NCBI GenBank assembly: GCA_023261845.1
Contig: JALNJZ010000002.1
Coordinates: 160,001-224,000, forward strand
Reading direction: 5' to 3'
DNA from: Candidatus Terraquivivens tengchongensis
GTDB taxonomy: Archaea; Thermoproteota; Nitrososphaeria_A; Caldarchaeales; Wolframiiraptoraceae
DNA length: 64,000 nucleotides
Shown here: in pieces, positions 38,050 to 47,766 of the stretch
How positions within the stretch are numbered: position 1 is the first letter of the stretch
How the letters are laid out: each line of letters begins with the position of its first letter
The notes under the pieces: generated by a model
Seen by the model: the letters and a program-made list of their open reading frames with translations, nothing else
The model's database searches: none
What the model was told of the DNA's origin: nothing
Position numbers and translations under genes: made by a program

Positions 38050-39015
38050 TTGGTCAGAACAGAAAAGGCTGGTAGCAAAAATTTGGCCTCACCGGCATGG
38101 ACCGATCTACTTAAGTACGTGGAAACAGCAAGGGCAGAGATAGACAGGAAGCTCCTAGAGAAGATTAATAACAGGAGCGATAGGATAGTTATAAAAAATG
38201 TACTATCCGGTGGGAAGAGATTAAGACCTGTGTTGCTTCTGCTTGCTTACGATACCCTTGGGGGTAAAGATAGAGATGCGGCACTTGATGTTGCCTGTGC
38301 TTTAGAGCTTGCACATAACGCGAGCTTGATTCATGACGACATAATTGACGGTGATATCGAGAGAAGGGGTAAACCAGCGCTTTGGAGACAGATAGGGGTG
38401 GTGAATGCGATCATACAGGGGCACAGGATGATTAATCTTGCTTTTCAGACAGTACTCGACAAGGGAATCGAACTTGCTAAGATATTCCTCAAGGCATGGA
38501 ATGACGCCTCCGCAGGGGTTCTGGAAGAGATATTTTCAGGAGAGCCGTTCTCCAAGAAGCTTTATGCGAAGATAGTCAAAGAGAAGACTGCTTCACTTTT
38601 TGCGGCAGCGACCGAAAGTGCTGCGGTGCTCGCACATTCTGACGAGAAGGTAAGAGAGCTGATGAGGAAGTATGGTGAGATGGTTGGTATGGCGTATCAG
38701 CTTGCGGACGACTACGTCGAAATAGTGAAGGGCAGAAGAAACTTAAACTTTCCTATCTTCATACTTAGACAACTCGAGGAGACAATAAAGCAACTTTATG
38801 TGGCAACGAAAACTGGAAACATTCGTGCGATTTCACCAAAAACTTTATTCAATGTAAAAAAAGTAGACGGCATATTCTTAAAGGAGATCAGGGATTATGT
38901 AATGAGGGCAAAAGAAATAGCATCCAATCCAGCGATACCAGACTCCCGCTATAAAGTTATGTTAGCAGAGTTTCCAAAATACTGCGTCAATTCTATGCTA
39001 AATGAGTTAAGATAG
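38050..39015 (+). CDS. Polyprenyl diphosphate synthase
   Basis: GGKRLRP, HDDIID...RRG, KT, YQLADD. Confidence 0.92.
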   Translation: MVRTEKAGSKNLASPAWTDLLKYVETARAEIDRKLLEKINNRSDRIVIKNVLSGGKRLRPVLLLLAYDTLGGKDRDAALDVACALELAHNASLIHDDIIDGDIERRGKPALWRQIGVVNAIIQGHRMINLAFQTVLDKGIELAKIFLKAWNDASAGVLEEIFSGEPFSKKLYAKIVKEKTASLFAAATESAAVLAHSDEKVRELMRKYGEMVGMAYQLADDYVEIVKGRRNLNFPIFILRQLEETIKQLYVATKTGNIRAISPKTLFNVKKVDGIFLKEIRDYVMRAKEIASNPAIPDSRYKVMLAEFPKYCVNSMLNELR

Positions 39016-39468
39016 TTTTGTTCTCTTTTTAAAGAATCTCTTTTCTATCTCCTCTAGCTTTTTTATGTTCTCTTCCTCGGATGGGTCGAATGTTGTTGAG
39101 AACCATGCATCCAGTATATCTTTTGCTTTTTCCTCGGTCGTCTCGGAAAGACTCATCACCAAAATGTTGGGCTTGTTCCATTTTCGCGCACCCTTAGCAA
39201 TTTCACTGCTGCTACACAGGGCTGCCCTTATGCCCGGAACCTTATTGGCCGCTATCGTTACGCCAGTACCAGTCCAGCAGAATAATATTCCTTCGTCCAC
39301 TTCTCCCTTCAGGATACTCTCAGCAACTTCAACGGCAACATCCGGCCATGAAGCTACGTTCCTAGCAAGGGCACCGCAAAGCTTGACAGTATGTCCCCTC
39401 TTTTTCAGCTCTTCAACGACAAAGTCTGTCAATTTAGTCCTTTCATCACTCCCTACAGCTATCCTCAT
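39007..39468 (-). CDS. rpiB: RpiB/LacA/LacB family sugar-phosphate isomerase
   Basis: IAVGSD, CWTGTG, ANKVPGIRAAL; start set at ATG 39468. Confidence 0.85.
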   Translation of the reverse strand: MRIAVGSDERTKLTDFVVEELKKRGHTVKLCGALARNVASWPDVAVEVAESILKGEVDEGILFCWTGTGVTIAANKVPGIRAALCSSSEIAKGARKWNKPNILVMSLSETTEEKAKDILDAWFSTTFDPSEEENIKKLEEIEKRFFKKRTKLS

Positions 39469-39504
39469 ATCATATTTGAAAATCGAGCGAGCAATATTTA
39501 GCAT

Positions 39505-39852
39505 TTAATTAATTTTCTTAAGTAGTGCCTTTAACGTACCCGAGATCTTTCTAACATCCAAAGATGTGCTCTCTCCTCCGACGTTATTGACCATGGCGAT
39601 GGCCGCTACAAGAGTTCTAACCTGCTTCGAGTTACACCTTATCACGATACCATCTAAATCCTTTTGAATCCTGACCAAGTATGGGTTAACGTCTGCATAA
39701 CCCAACGTACCGACGAGATACTGAAGACTTGACAGTATAGCCTTCCATATTTCAGATTTATCAAGCTTAACATCTCTCGGAAAGTGTCTCACGAAAACGT
39801 AGCGGTATTTAGCCTTCAGCAAGCCATACGCCCTCCTGTACCATCTTGCCAA
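39505..39852 (-). CDS. rnp2: RNase P protein Pop5/Rpp14
   Basis: KYRY, G-x2-G, GIVIRC, ISGTLK; real start probably TTG 39822. Confidence 0.88.
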   Translation of the reverse strand: MARWYRRAYGLLKAKYRYVFVRHFPRDVKLDKSEIWKAILSSLQYLVGTLGYADVNPYLVRIQKDLDGIVIRCNSKQVRTLVAAIAMVNNVGGESTSLDVRKISGTLKALLKKIN

Positions 39853-40486
39853 GTAGCTTAGCTCTGTTTCTAAGCAGTATGTTTAATGGTATGGTTGAGA
39901 GCGCATCAAGCGAACGTTCGAAGTTAAGGCCAAGCGCATTGACAATACACGAAACATCGAAAGGCCCCCTCTGCTCCACGGGGTTAGAGGCACATGAAGA
40001 AAATACGAGACTCAGGTCTTTCATATCGATTAAACGTACAATGCTCCTCATCTTCTGGAGCGCAACCCTATCAGAAATTGTGTCAATAAGTGTAAGCTCT
40101 ATTGAGTTTCGTGTTACAGACAGCATGTGCCTATCGAAGCTCATGAAACCGTTTGGTCTAAATACGACGGTGTCAACCCTTCCGTCCCTTAAGGCCACCA
40201 AGGCCGCATCCCTTGTTAGACAATACACAGTTAACACATCATAAGAGTGTCTGAACTTGGCTGCCGCCTTGAGTACATCGCCCCTTGTCTTAGCAGATAC
40301 AACTGCTTTGCTGTAAATCTCTAAGCCATATTCCTTGGCACTACTCTTTAATTCTTCGAGCATAGGTTTAGGTGCCTCCACGACGAGCGTCGAGTATCCT
40401 AAATCAAATGCCCTCTTACACATCTCCTTCGCAACGTTGACATCAGGAGGTCTTATCCAAAAATCGACGAACGTCCTCTTACCCAC
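39809..40486 (-). CDS. rnp3: RNase P protein Rpp30
   Basis: PHP-like fold cues (A-x2-LGY, RVD, SSCA...QRGP); conserved context. Confidence 0.85.
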   Translation of the reverse strand: MGKRTFVDFWIRPPDVNVAKEMCKRAFDLGYSTLVVEAPKPMLEELKSSAKEYGLEIYSKAVVSAKTRGDVLKAAAKFRHSYDVLTVYCLTRDAALVALRDGRVDTVVFRPNGFMSFDRHMLSVTRNSIELTLIDTISDRVALQKMRSIVRLIDMKDLSLVFSSCASNPVEQRGPFDVSCIVNALGLNFERSLDALSTIPLNILLRNRAKLLGKMVQEGVWLAEG

Positions 40487-40488
40487 AA

Positions 40489-40902
40489 TTATACACCCAG
40501 CTTATCCTTCAAAGCGTTTAAACTTCCAGCAATCCTGATCTCGAGCTTTATAGCATCGCTGTCTGAGAGCCTTAAGCTTCCGAGGTATGCGCTTTGCTTA
40601 TCAAGCCTTACGTAAAGTATACTTTCCTGCCCTTTTTCTTCGAACGCCTCAGAGACCAACGTGGACTTCTCGATAACGCTTAAACATTTCTCTAGTTTAT
40701 CCAGCACTGCCTTGGCTTGGTCCTCGTCATTTAACTCTAAGGTTAACAGCACTATGGGGTCCCCATAATGGCCGATCAGTTGTTCCCTCTTAAGCTTCCC
40801 CTTCTCTATACTGCCCAAAACATTCTCAAGAGCTTTTAGCACCTTCTTCTCGTCTTCAGTGGCATGACATATAACCCTGGCGGTTACGCCCAAAACCCTC
40901 AT
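40489..40902 (-). CDS. RNA-binding protein of the exosome/RNase P superoperon
   Basis: HATEDEKKV, GHYGDPI, RLDKQ. Confidence 0.88.
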   Translation of the reverse strand: MRVLGVTARVICHATEDEKKVLKALENVLGSIEKGKLKREQLIGHYGDPIVLLTLELNDEDQAKAVLDKLEKCLSVIEKSTLVSEAFEEKGQESILYVRLDKQSAYLGSLRLSDSDAIKLEIRIAGSLNALKDKLGV

Positions 40903-40973
40903 AGCCAGACTATGTAAGGGTAGAAGCTGCTGATAAGCTTATTAAATGGAATCAGCACCAGACCTACAAACGG

Positions 40974-41456
40974 TTGAGTACAGGCATGACGGGTCTGTAC
41001 GCGCACCTTTCAAAACTTTGGAGAGAAAAGCCGGAAGAGCTAAAGCAACTCATGAGGAAGAGGCTGATAGAGTGGCGTAAGCAGCCTGCTGTCGTAAGGG
41101 TCGATAAGCCTCTGAGACTCGATAGGGCAAGGAGCCTCGGTTACAGGGACAAGCAGGGCTACGTGGTCTTGAGGGTAAGGGTGAGGAAGGGCGGCTTCGC
41201 AAGAGCGAGGCCAAGGTCTGGTAGGAGACCGAAGGCTCTTGGTGTCGTTAAGCATAAGGTTAACGTATCCATGAAAGAAGAGGCTATAAACAGAGCTAAG
41301 AAGAAGCATCCGAACCTATACCCGCTTGGAGCCTATTGGGTAGCAAGCGACGGCCTTTACAAGTGGTACGAGGTTATAATGGTTGACCCCTACCACCCAT
41401 CGGTCATATCCGACAGAAACCTATCCCTGCCAGCGAAGGTTAGACAGGAGCGCTAA
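40974..41456 (+). CDS. rpl15e: 50S ribosomal protein L15e (short form)
   Basis: RLDRARSLGYRDKQG, RVRKGG, GRRPK, YWV-x2-DG-x-YKWYEVIMVDP. Confidence 0.95.
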   Translation: MSTGMTGLYAHLSKLWREKPEELKQLMRKRLIEWRKQPAVVRVDKPLRLDRARSLGYRDKQGYVVLRVRVRKGGFARARPRSGRRPKALGVVKHKVNVSMKEEAINRAKKKHPNLYPLGAYWVASDGLYKWYEVIMVDPYHPSVISDRNLSLPAKVRQER

Positions 41457-41489
41457 TCATAAGCCTTCAAAAACATTTTTAAAGATATA

Positions 41490-42875
41490 GTGACAAGGTC
41501 AAAAGACATACGTATGGCTCTTGTTAAGAACAAGCACGCATTACTTTCTCACGGTAATGTGGAAGGAAGAAAGATCGTACTGGATATAATTGAGTACACC
41601 CTTAAGTCTGTAGATACTTACGATCTCGTTAGAGGGGTCGTTTTCGTTGAAGGCCAAACGCTAAGCATCAACCGCCTAAAGTACGACCTTTCAAGGATTC
41701 GAAACATATACGTGGTGGGTGCTGGCAAGGGATCTGTGAGGATAGCTGAGGCTTTGGAAGACATCTTAGGTAACAGAATCAGCGCGGGAATAATAATCGA
41801 GAAGAGGGGACAGGGTCGTAAGCTCAGTATGATTAAGGTAGTTGAAGGGGGTCATCCGATACCGGACGGGGCAGGATTAGAGGCAGCGAAGGAAGTTGTT
41901 GAGATAGCAAAGCGCGCTCAGGATGGTGACCTGATAATCGCCTGCATAACGGGCGGCTGCTCTGCATTAATGCCCTTACCAGCCGAAGGCATAAGCTTGG
42001 ACGATAAAAGGATAGTGACGGATTTACTACTAAAGTGTGGCGCTACTATAGATGAGATAAACGCCGTCAGAAACCACATTTCTGCCATAAAAGGTGGGAG
42101 ACTCGCCATGTATGCCCATCCCGCTGAAATAGTCAACCTTGTACTCGTTGATGAAGTGGCAGGACTTCCATGGGGACCGATGGTCCCAGATCCATCAACA
42201 TTCGTTGATGCTGTGCGTGTTCTCAAGAAGTACCGCCTTTGGGAAAAAGTCCCCGATTCTGTGAGGAAGCACCTCGAGATGGGACTGAGCGATCAACGTA
42301 TGGAAACACCGAAGCCAGAAGACTTCGAGCGCTTAAAGGTTCATAATGTGGTGTTGGCAAGCATCGAGATTGCATGCGAAGCCGCGAAAAAGAGGGCTGA
42401 GGAATTGGGGCTTAACTCCATGATACTATCCACGATGATGGAAGGTGAGAGCCGAGAGGTTGGCATAGTCTTGGCAAGCATCGCCAAAGAGGTAGAGAAG
42501 AAATGTAGACCGATCAAACCACCATGTGCACTCATTGCTGGGGGTGAAACAACGGTAACAATCACAGACCATTGTGGTGAAGGAGGACCGAGCCAAGAAC
42601 TCGCCTTAAGCTCCTCCCTTAAAATTCACAAAAGCAAGAAAATAGTCATCGCTTCAATAGACACCGATGGTACAGACGGGCCGACAGATGTAGCTGGGGG
42701 GATTGTTGACGGCTACACGCTAGATAGGGCAAAGGAGAAAGGGATAGACGTTTATGAAAACTTAATGAAGCATGCATCATCCCGCGTACTAAAGGGGCTT
42801 GAGGATGTCATCATCACGGGTCCGACCGGAACGAACGTCGCGGACCTTAACGTTGTGGTGGTTGATGAGTTATGA
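41490..42875 (+). CDS. MOFRL-family (glycerate 2-kinase-like) kinase with altered motifs
   Basis: GAGK, GGHPIP, NAVRNHISAIKGG, GGETTV, TDGTDG, TGTNVAD; start may be 41514. Confidence 0.9.
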   Translation: MTRSKDIRMALVKNKHALLSHGNVEGRKIVLDIIEYTLKSVDTYDLVRGVVFVEGQTLSINRLKYDLSRIRNIYVVGAGKGSVRIAEALEDILGNRISAGIIIEKRGQGRKLSMIKVVEGGHPIPDGAGLEAAKEVVEIAKRAQDGDLIIACITGGCSALMPLPAEGISLDDKRIVTDLLLKCGATIDEINAVRNHISAIKGGRLAMYAHPAEIVNLVLVDEVAGLPWGPMVPDPSTFVDAVRVLKKYRLWEKVPDSVRKHLEMGLSDQRMETPKPEDFERLKVHNVVLASIEIACEAAKKRAEELGLNSMILSTMMEGESREVGIVLASIAKEVEKKCRPIKPPCALIAGGETTVTITDHCGEGGPSQELALSSSLKIHKSKKIVIASIDTDGTDGPTDVAGGIVDGYTLDRAKEKGIDVYENLMKHASSRVLKGLEDVIITGPTGTNVADLNVVVVDEL

Positions 42876-44173
42876 GTCTGGATAGGTCAGAGGCCTTCAA
42901 AATAAAGGAGGTTAAGGCAAGGGAAATCCTTAACTGCAGAGGAGAACCAACGGTCGAAGTTGATGTATTGACGTCAGGAGGTTTTCTGGGCCGGGCATCA
43001 GTTCCAAGCGGCCGGTCGACCGGTAAATACGAGGCCTTCGAGCTTAGGGACGGAGGACATAGGTATCTAGGAAAAGGGGTCCTTAAAGCGGTCAAAAACG
43101 TGAACGAAATAATAGCTCATGTGCTGAAGGGAAAGGACGTAAGAAATCAAAGGGAAATTGATGAACTACTCATCGAGCTCGATGGAACCGAAAACAAATC
43201 AAAACTGGGGGCCAACGCAATAGTCGGTGTATCCCTTGCCGTGGCAAAGGCTGCTGCCGAAGCTCTAGGCGTCCCCCTTTATCGGTACATAGGTGGGCCT
43301 AACGCCTGCATACTTCCCGTTCCGTTCATGAATCTCATAAACGGCGGGAAGCTGGCAGCAACAGAGCTCGACTTTCAAGAGCACATAGTGGTGCCCGTTG
43401 GTGCCAAATCTTTCTCTGAAGCGATAAGGATGGGTACGGAGGTTTACTATAAGCTCGGAGAGGTTCTGGCTGAGAAATGGGGCAGGCATTCTTTGAACGT
43501 CGCTGACGAGGGCGGATATACGCCGCCTGGTATGAAGGACCCGAGGGAGGCACTCGACATTGAATTGAAAGTCATAGAAGAACTTGGATACAAAGACAAA
43601 TTTGTACTTGGGCTTGACGTCGCTGCCAGCCACCTATACAACGAAAAGACAAAGAGGTATACGTTGATGGGAAAAGAGATTAGTAGAGAGGCTCTTATGG
43701 ATTTCTATGAGGAGCTAGTATCTGCTTATCCAGTCAAGTCTATCGAAGATCCGCTGGAGCAGGATGATTTCGAAGGGTTTGCTGAGTTAACGAGGTCTCT
43801 CGGAATCCAGATAATAGGTGACGATTTATTCGTCACCAATATGAGGAGGCTGGAGAAGGGTATTATGACAAAGGCTGCGAACGCTATGCTGCTAAAAGTT
43901 AACCAAGTCGGCTCACTCAGCGAAGCCTTGGATGCAGCACAGTTCGCTTTTAGGAACGGCTATGCTGTCCAGGTCTCTGAAAGATCTGGACAGACAGAGG
44001 ACACATGGCTTGCTGACATAACCGTTGGATTGAACGCCGGACAGATAAAAACTGGTGCACCGTGCAGAAGCGAGAGAACTGCCCAATACAATCAGCTACT
44101 TAGGATAGAAGAAGAACTTGGTAGGGCAGCAAAGTACGCAGGAATACAAGCACTCAAGGTTGGCGTGGTATAA
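42872..44173 (+). CDS. eno: Enolase-family protein (divergent active site)
   Basis: REILNCRGEPTVEV, LGANAI, DEGG, IEDP, GDDL, KVNQ, QIKTG, YNQLLRIEE; but SERSGQT and NGGKLA. Confidence 0.85.
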   Translation: MSLDRSEAFKIKEVKAREILNCRGEPTVEVDVLTSGGFLGRASVPSGRSTGKYEAFELRDGGHRYLGKGVLKAVKNVNEIIAHVLKGKDVRNQREIDELLIELDGTENKSKLGANAIVGVSLAVAKAAAEALGVPLYRYIGGPNACILPVPFMNLINGGKLAATELDFQEHIVVPVGAKSFSEAIRMGTEVYYKLGEVLAEKWGRHSLNVADEGGYTPPGMKDPREALDIELKVIEELGYKDKFVLGLDVAASHLYNEKTKRYTLMGKEISREALMDFYEELVSAYPVKSIEDPLEQDDFEGFAELTRSLGIQIIGDDLFVTNMRRLEKGIMTKAANAMLLKVNQVGSLSEALDAAQFAFRNGYAVQVSERSGQTEDTWLADITVGLNAGQIKTGAPCRSERTAQYNQLLRIEEELGRAAKYAGIQALKVGVV

Positions 44174-44205
44174 GGCTTTTATAATAAACGACTAAAAACC
44201 CATTA

Positions 44206-45225
44206 ATGACTGGAAGCCGGGTGCGGTCTTTGCTCTACGTTAGATTACCGGGTAGGTCTGAAAAGCTGGCCTCAGAGGTATGTTCAGCTATAGAGGCCTT
44301 TAATATGGAGTACAGGCCTCTGAAAAGTCTAGCTGATGCTGAGTACATGAATGGAGATATAGCGATCGTCGTAGGAACAGACAGCGACGTTCTAAAGGCT
44401 TTTCATGAACTCGGCTCAAGATGCGTACCCGTACTCGGAATATGCGAAACTGAGACCAGAGGATTCTTAACGGAGATCTCCATAAAGGATCTACCGCAAG
44501 CGCTCGAGAATCTACAAAAAAAGAGATACGTCATAGAAGAGAATGTGAGGCTTTCGGTCTCTGTGGATGACAAAAATCTTCTGCCCGCGGTGAACGAGGC
44601 CGCAATCTTCCCCTCGAAGAGTGCCACTATAATGGAATACACTTTGACGGTTGATGATGAGATCGTGTGGAGGGATTATAGCGATGGTGTGATAATCTCG
44701 ACACCTTTAGGCTCTAGCGCCTATGCGCTATCCGCTGGTGGGCCTATGGTCGTCCATAAGGCAAAGGTATTCGTAATAGTGCCCGTTAACTCCTTAGATG
44801 TCACAAGGAGACCGTTGGTCATACCAGATGACTCCAAAGTCCTAATAAACGGCATACATTCGAGGGTGAGATGCGAGGTGGTCATAGACGGTACGATTAG
44901 ACTTAAAGTTGATAACAGGATATGTATCAAGAAGCACGAGGTCCCAGCGCGGCTGGTTAGGCTCCCAGGCAGCTCCTACGTCTTGGAGAAGATGGTGAAA
45001 AAGGTACAGCTCGCCGAGGAGCTCTTAAAGATACCTCCAAGCGCAAAACTGATATTAAAGACGCTCGAGTACGAAGGACCTCTTACACATAGGGAGCTAG
45101 TAAGGAAGACCATGCTACCCGACAGGACGATGAGGCAAGCCCTAGCGCTGCTAATAGGTAAGGGAATGGTAAAGAGGAAACCGCTTTTACGGGATGCGAG
45201 GCAGAAGCTCTATTATATAGCGTAG
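44206..45225 (+). CDS. nadK: NAD kinase-family protein with C-terminal winged HTH
   Basis: AVNE, DGVIISTPLGSSAYALSAGGP; tail PPSAKLILKTL...DARQKLY. Confidence 0.85.
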   Translation: MTGSRVRSLLYVRLPGRSEKLASEVCSAIEAFNMEYRPLKSLADAEYMNGDIAIVVGTDSDVLKAFHELGSRCVPVLGICETETRGFLTEISIKDLPQALENLQKKRYVIEENVRLSVSVDDKNLLPAVNEAAIFPSKSATIMEYTLTVDDEIVWRDYSDGVIISTPLGSSAYALSAGGPMVVHKAKVFVIVPVNSLDVTRRPLVIPDDSKVLINGIHSRVRCEVVIDGTIRLKVDNRICIKKHEVPARLVRLPGSSYVLEKMVKKVQLAEELLKIPPSAKLILKTLEYEGPLTHRELVRKTMLPDRTMRQALALLIGKGMVKRKPLLRDARQKLYYIA

Positions 45226-45304
45226 CCATGCTGTTAAAAGTTCTTAAACACATTTAAAAACAAGAAGTAAATCGGGTTATATGTCACGATTGGAGGTTTA
45301 GGTT

Positions 45305-45715
45305 GTGGCGACTAAGGAGCAGATAGCCAGGGCAATTGCAGAACTTCAGATAATAGAGCAGATAGTTAACGAGTTTCAGCTAAGAATAGCGACGCTCGAC
45401 GCAGCATTAAGGGAGCATGAAAGCGCAATATCTCTAATAGAAGAGATGAAGAAAGCAGAGGGCAATATGGAGGTCCTGATACCAATAGGTGGTGGGAACT
45501 TTGTCCATGGTATTATAACATCTACCGATAAGATGGAAGTGAGTGTAGGCGCTGGTGTCGTTATTACCAAGTCCTTAGAGGAAGGTCATCAGATAATGCT
45601 AAAGAGAAAGGACAGTTTGATACGCATGAAGGAAGCATATCTACAAAAGCTTCAGGAACACATCAATAGAGCCGCAGAGCTGAGAAGGTTTTTGGAGAGT
45701 GTGAGGACCGAGTAA
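45305..45715 (+). CDS. pfdA: Prefoldin alpha subunit
   Basis: Coiled coils flanking EVLIPIGGG...VSVGAG. Confidence 0.93.
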   Translation: MATKEQIARAIAELQIIEQIVNEFQLRIATLDAALREHESAISLIEEMKKAEGNMEVLIPIGGGNFVHGIITSTDKMEVSVGAGVVITKSLEEGHQIMLKRKDSLIRMKEAYLQKLQEHINRAAELRRFLESVRTE

Positions 45716-46632
45716 TGCTTGAGGGCATCAAGAAGGCATTCGCGAACCTTACGGATAGGATAAAGACGACCACACTCTCAGAAAGCGAGATAAAGAAACA
45801 CGTTGAAGACTTCAAGCTACAGCTGATTGCCAATGATGTAGCGGTTGAGGTTGCTGAGAAGCTGGCGATGGAGGTCACGGAGCGTCTGAAGACGTTGAAA
45901 GTTCCAAGGTTTTCAGAGCACAAGGAAGCAATCATTCAGGTTTTGGAGGAGAGCATTAGCTCGGTGATCTTGGAGGTCAACCCGGATAGTTCTTTCGTAA
46001 ATTTAGTTAGGTCTAATTACAGCATAGGCAAGCCCACAGTCGTGCTTTTCGTCGGCCCAAACGGTGGTGGAAAGACGACGAGCGTCGTAAAGGTGTCAAA
46101 CTACCTGAAGTCTAAAGGACTGAGCTCAATAATAGCATGCAGCGACACATATAGGGCTGGAGCCATTGAGCAGCTAAAAGGCCTAGCCGAAAGGGTTGGA
46201 GTAAGGGTTGTAAGTCATAAATATGGTGGAGATCCAGCTGCTGTCGCTCTAGATGCTATAGAAGCAGCAAGGGCTGCGAAGGTCAGCACGGTTCTAATAG
46301 ACACAGCAGGCAGGACGGAAGTTGACAAGAACCTCCTTGAGGAGATGAGGAAGATCAAGAGAGTGTCAAACCCGGACGTTGTTATATACGTTGGCGATGC
46401 GCTTGCGGGCAACGTCGTAGTCGAACAGGTTAGGAGGTTCAATGAGTACGTCGGCATAGACTATATAATCTTGGCTAAGCTGGATGCCGACATGAAGGGA
46501 GGCTCCGCAATATCCGTCAGCTACATGACCGGGAAGCCGATACTCTTCGTCGGAACTGGGCAAGGGTTAAACGACCTCGAACCTCTAGACAAAAAAAGAC
46601 TAATCAACACAATACTCGGCCGTGTCTTCTAA
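45715..46632 (+). CDS. ftsY: SRP receptor FtsY
   Basis: GPNGGGKTT, DTYRAGA, DTAGR, AKLD, GTGQ. Confidence 0.95.
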   Translation: MLEGIKKAFANLTDRIKTTTLSESEIKKHVEDFKLQLIANDVAVEVAEKLAMEVTERLKTLKVPRFSEHKEAIIQVLEESISSVILEVNPDSSFVNLVRSNYSIGKPTVVLFVGPNGGGKTTSVVKVSNYLKSKGLSSIIACSDTYRAGAIEQLKGLAERVGVRVVSHKYGGDPAAVALDAIEAARAAKVSTVLIDTAGRTEVDKNLLEEMRKIKRVSNPDVVIYVGDALAGNVVVEQVRRFNEYVGIDYIILAKLDADMKGGSAISVSYMTGKPILFVGTGQGLNDLEPLDKKRLINTILGRVF

Positions 46633-46696
46633 GGTGCGATAAGCACCTCTACTACAGTGTTAAACCTCTATATTCCGGGCCAGCGTAGTATCTGAT

Positions 46697-47332
46697 GTGC
46701 TAAACGTTCGCGAGCAGATAAGTCAGCTCGTTAGAGGAGAAGCACCAGGCCCATCACCATCTTTCACGACCTTACATGTTGTTATGGCACTTCTCGTTTT
46801 AGGAGATAAGGGGAAACTTGGTAGGAAAAAGTTCACCGAAGAACTTGGTCTAGGTGAGGGTGCTGTCAGAACTATCATCAATAGGCTTAGAAAGCACTCT
46901 TTGGCCAAAGTAGATCGCTCGGGTTGTAGTTTGACCGAGAAAGGTAGGAAGCTCTATGAGGCTTTGAGGAATAATATTAGTGAATTTGTAGAGATTAACG
47001 AGAATATGCCTTGGAACTACCGTCACAGCATTGGTATGAAGGTGAAGGACATGGCTAAATTCCTAAAAACTGGTCTGGAGGAGAGGGATGCCGCCGTAAG
47101 GGCAGGCGCGGATGCTGCAATGATAATAACTATGCGAGAAGGGAGTCTGTTAATGCCCGGTGTCAGCAATCTTAGCGAAGAACAGCCGAACTTTGCATCG
47201 AAAATAATGTTATCATTCACACCGTCAGAGGGTGATGTAATAATCATAGCCGGCTCAGATGATAGGGTTAAGGCATTGTACGGCGCGTTAGCGGCTGCCT
47301 ACGAACTCCTAGAAAAGGCGGCTAGACAGTAG
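46697..47332 (+). CDS. Winged-HTH protein (DUF4443-like putative regulator)
   Basis: GPSPSF, LGR-x2...LGLGEGAVRT, G-x-EERDAAVRAGA. Confidence 0.78.
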   Translation: MLNVREQISQLVRGEAPGPSPSFTTLHVVMALLVLGDKGKLGRKKFTEELGLGEGAVRTIINRLRKHSLAKVDRSGCSLTEKGRKLYEALRNNISEFVEINENMPWNYRHSIGMKVKDMAKFLKTGLEERDAAVRAGADAAMIITMREGSLLMPGVSNLSEEQPNFASKIMLSFTPSEGDVIIIAGSDDRVKALYGALAAAYELLEKAARQ

Positions 47333-47693
47333 GCTTCCAAGCTATCGCCAAGGCGCCACCTACTATTCCTAGGATTGCGCCTATTATGAACCCTCCCATG
47401 CTGACTAAGCTAATTATGGAAAATATGAGCACCAAGGTACCCCACATATGCGCCTGCTTTGGTCTAGAATACAACATAAGCGCACCAATTAGGACGACGA
47501 TTCCGGACACGACGTTTACAAGTACGCTATAGTACAATCCTGCACTCCATGGCCACGACCAACCCCACATGCACATCATGCCCATACACCATCGAGTGGT
47601 CGTCCAAGTCATGAAGCCAACAAAGCCAAACAGGAGCATCAACACGGCAGCTGACAATGAGAGAGTGAACGCCAAGCCAGGAGTTTCTTCCAT
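47322..47693 (-). CDS. Small membrane protein (4 TM) with Met/Cys/Trp-rich loop
   Basis: Hydrophobic helices; GGFIIGAILGIVGG C-terminus; WCMGMMCMWGW loop. Confidence 0.75.
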   Translation of the reverse strand: MEETPGLAFTLSLSAAVLMLLFGFVGFMTWTTTRWCMGMMCMWGWSWPWSAGLYYSVLVNVVSGIVVLIGALMLYSRPKQAHMWGTLVLIFSIISLVSMGGFIIGAILGIVGGALAIAWKPTV

Positions 47694-47766
47694 GCCGTAA
47701 TTTTAGTGAGAATCTGTATTAAATATTCGCCCGGTCAACATATATACGGCCGCATTAAGAAAAATT

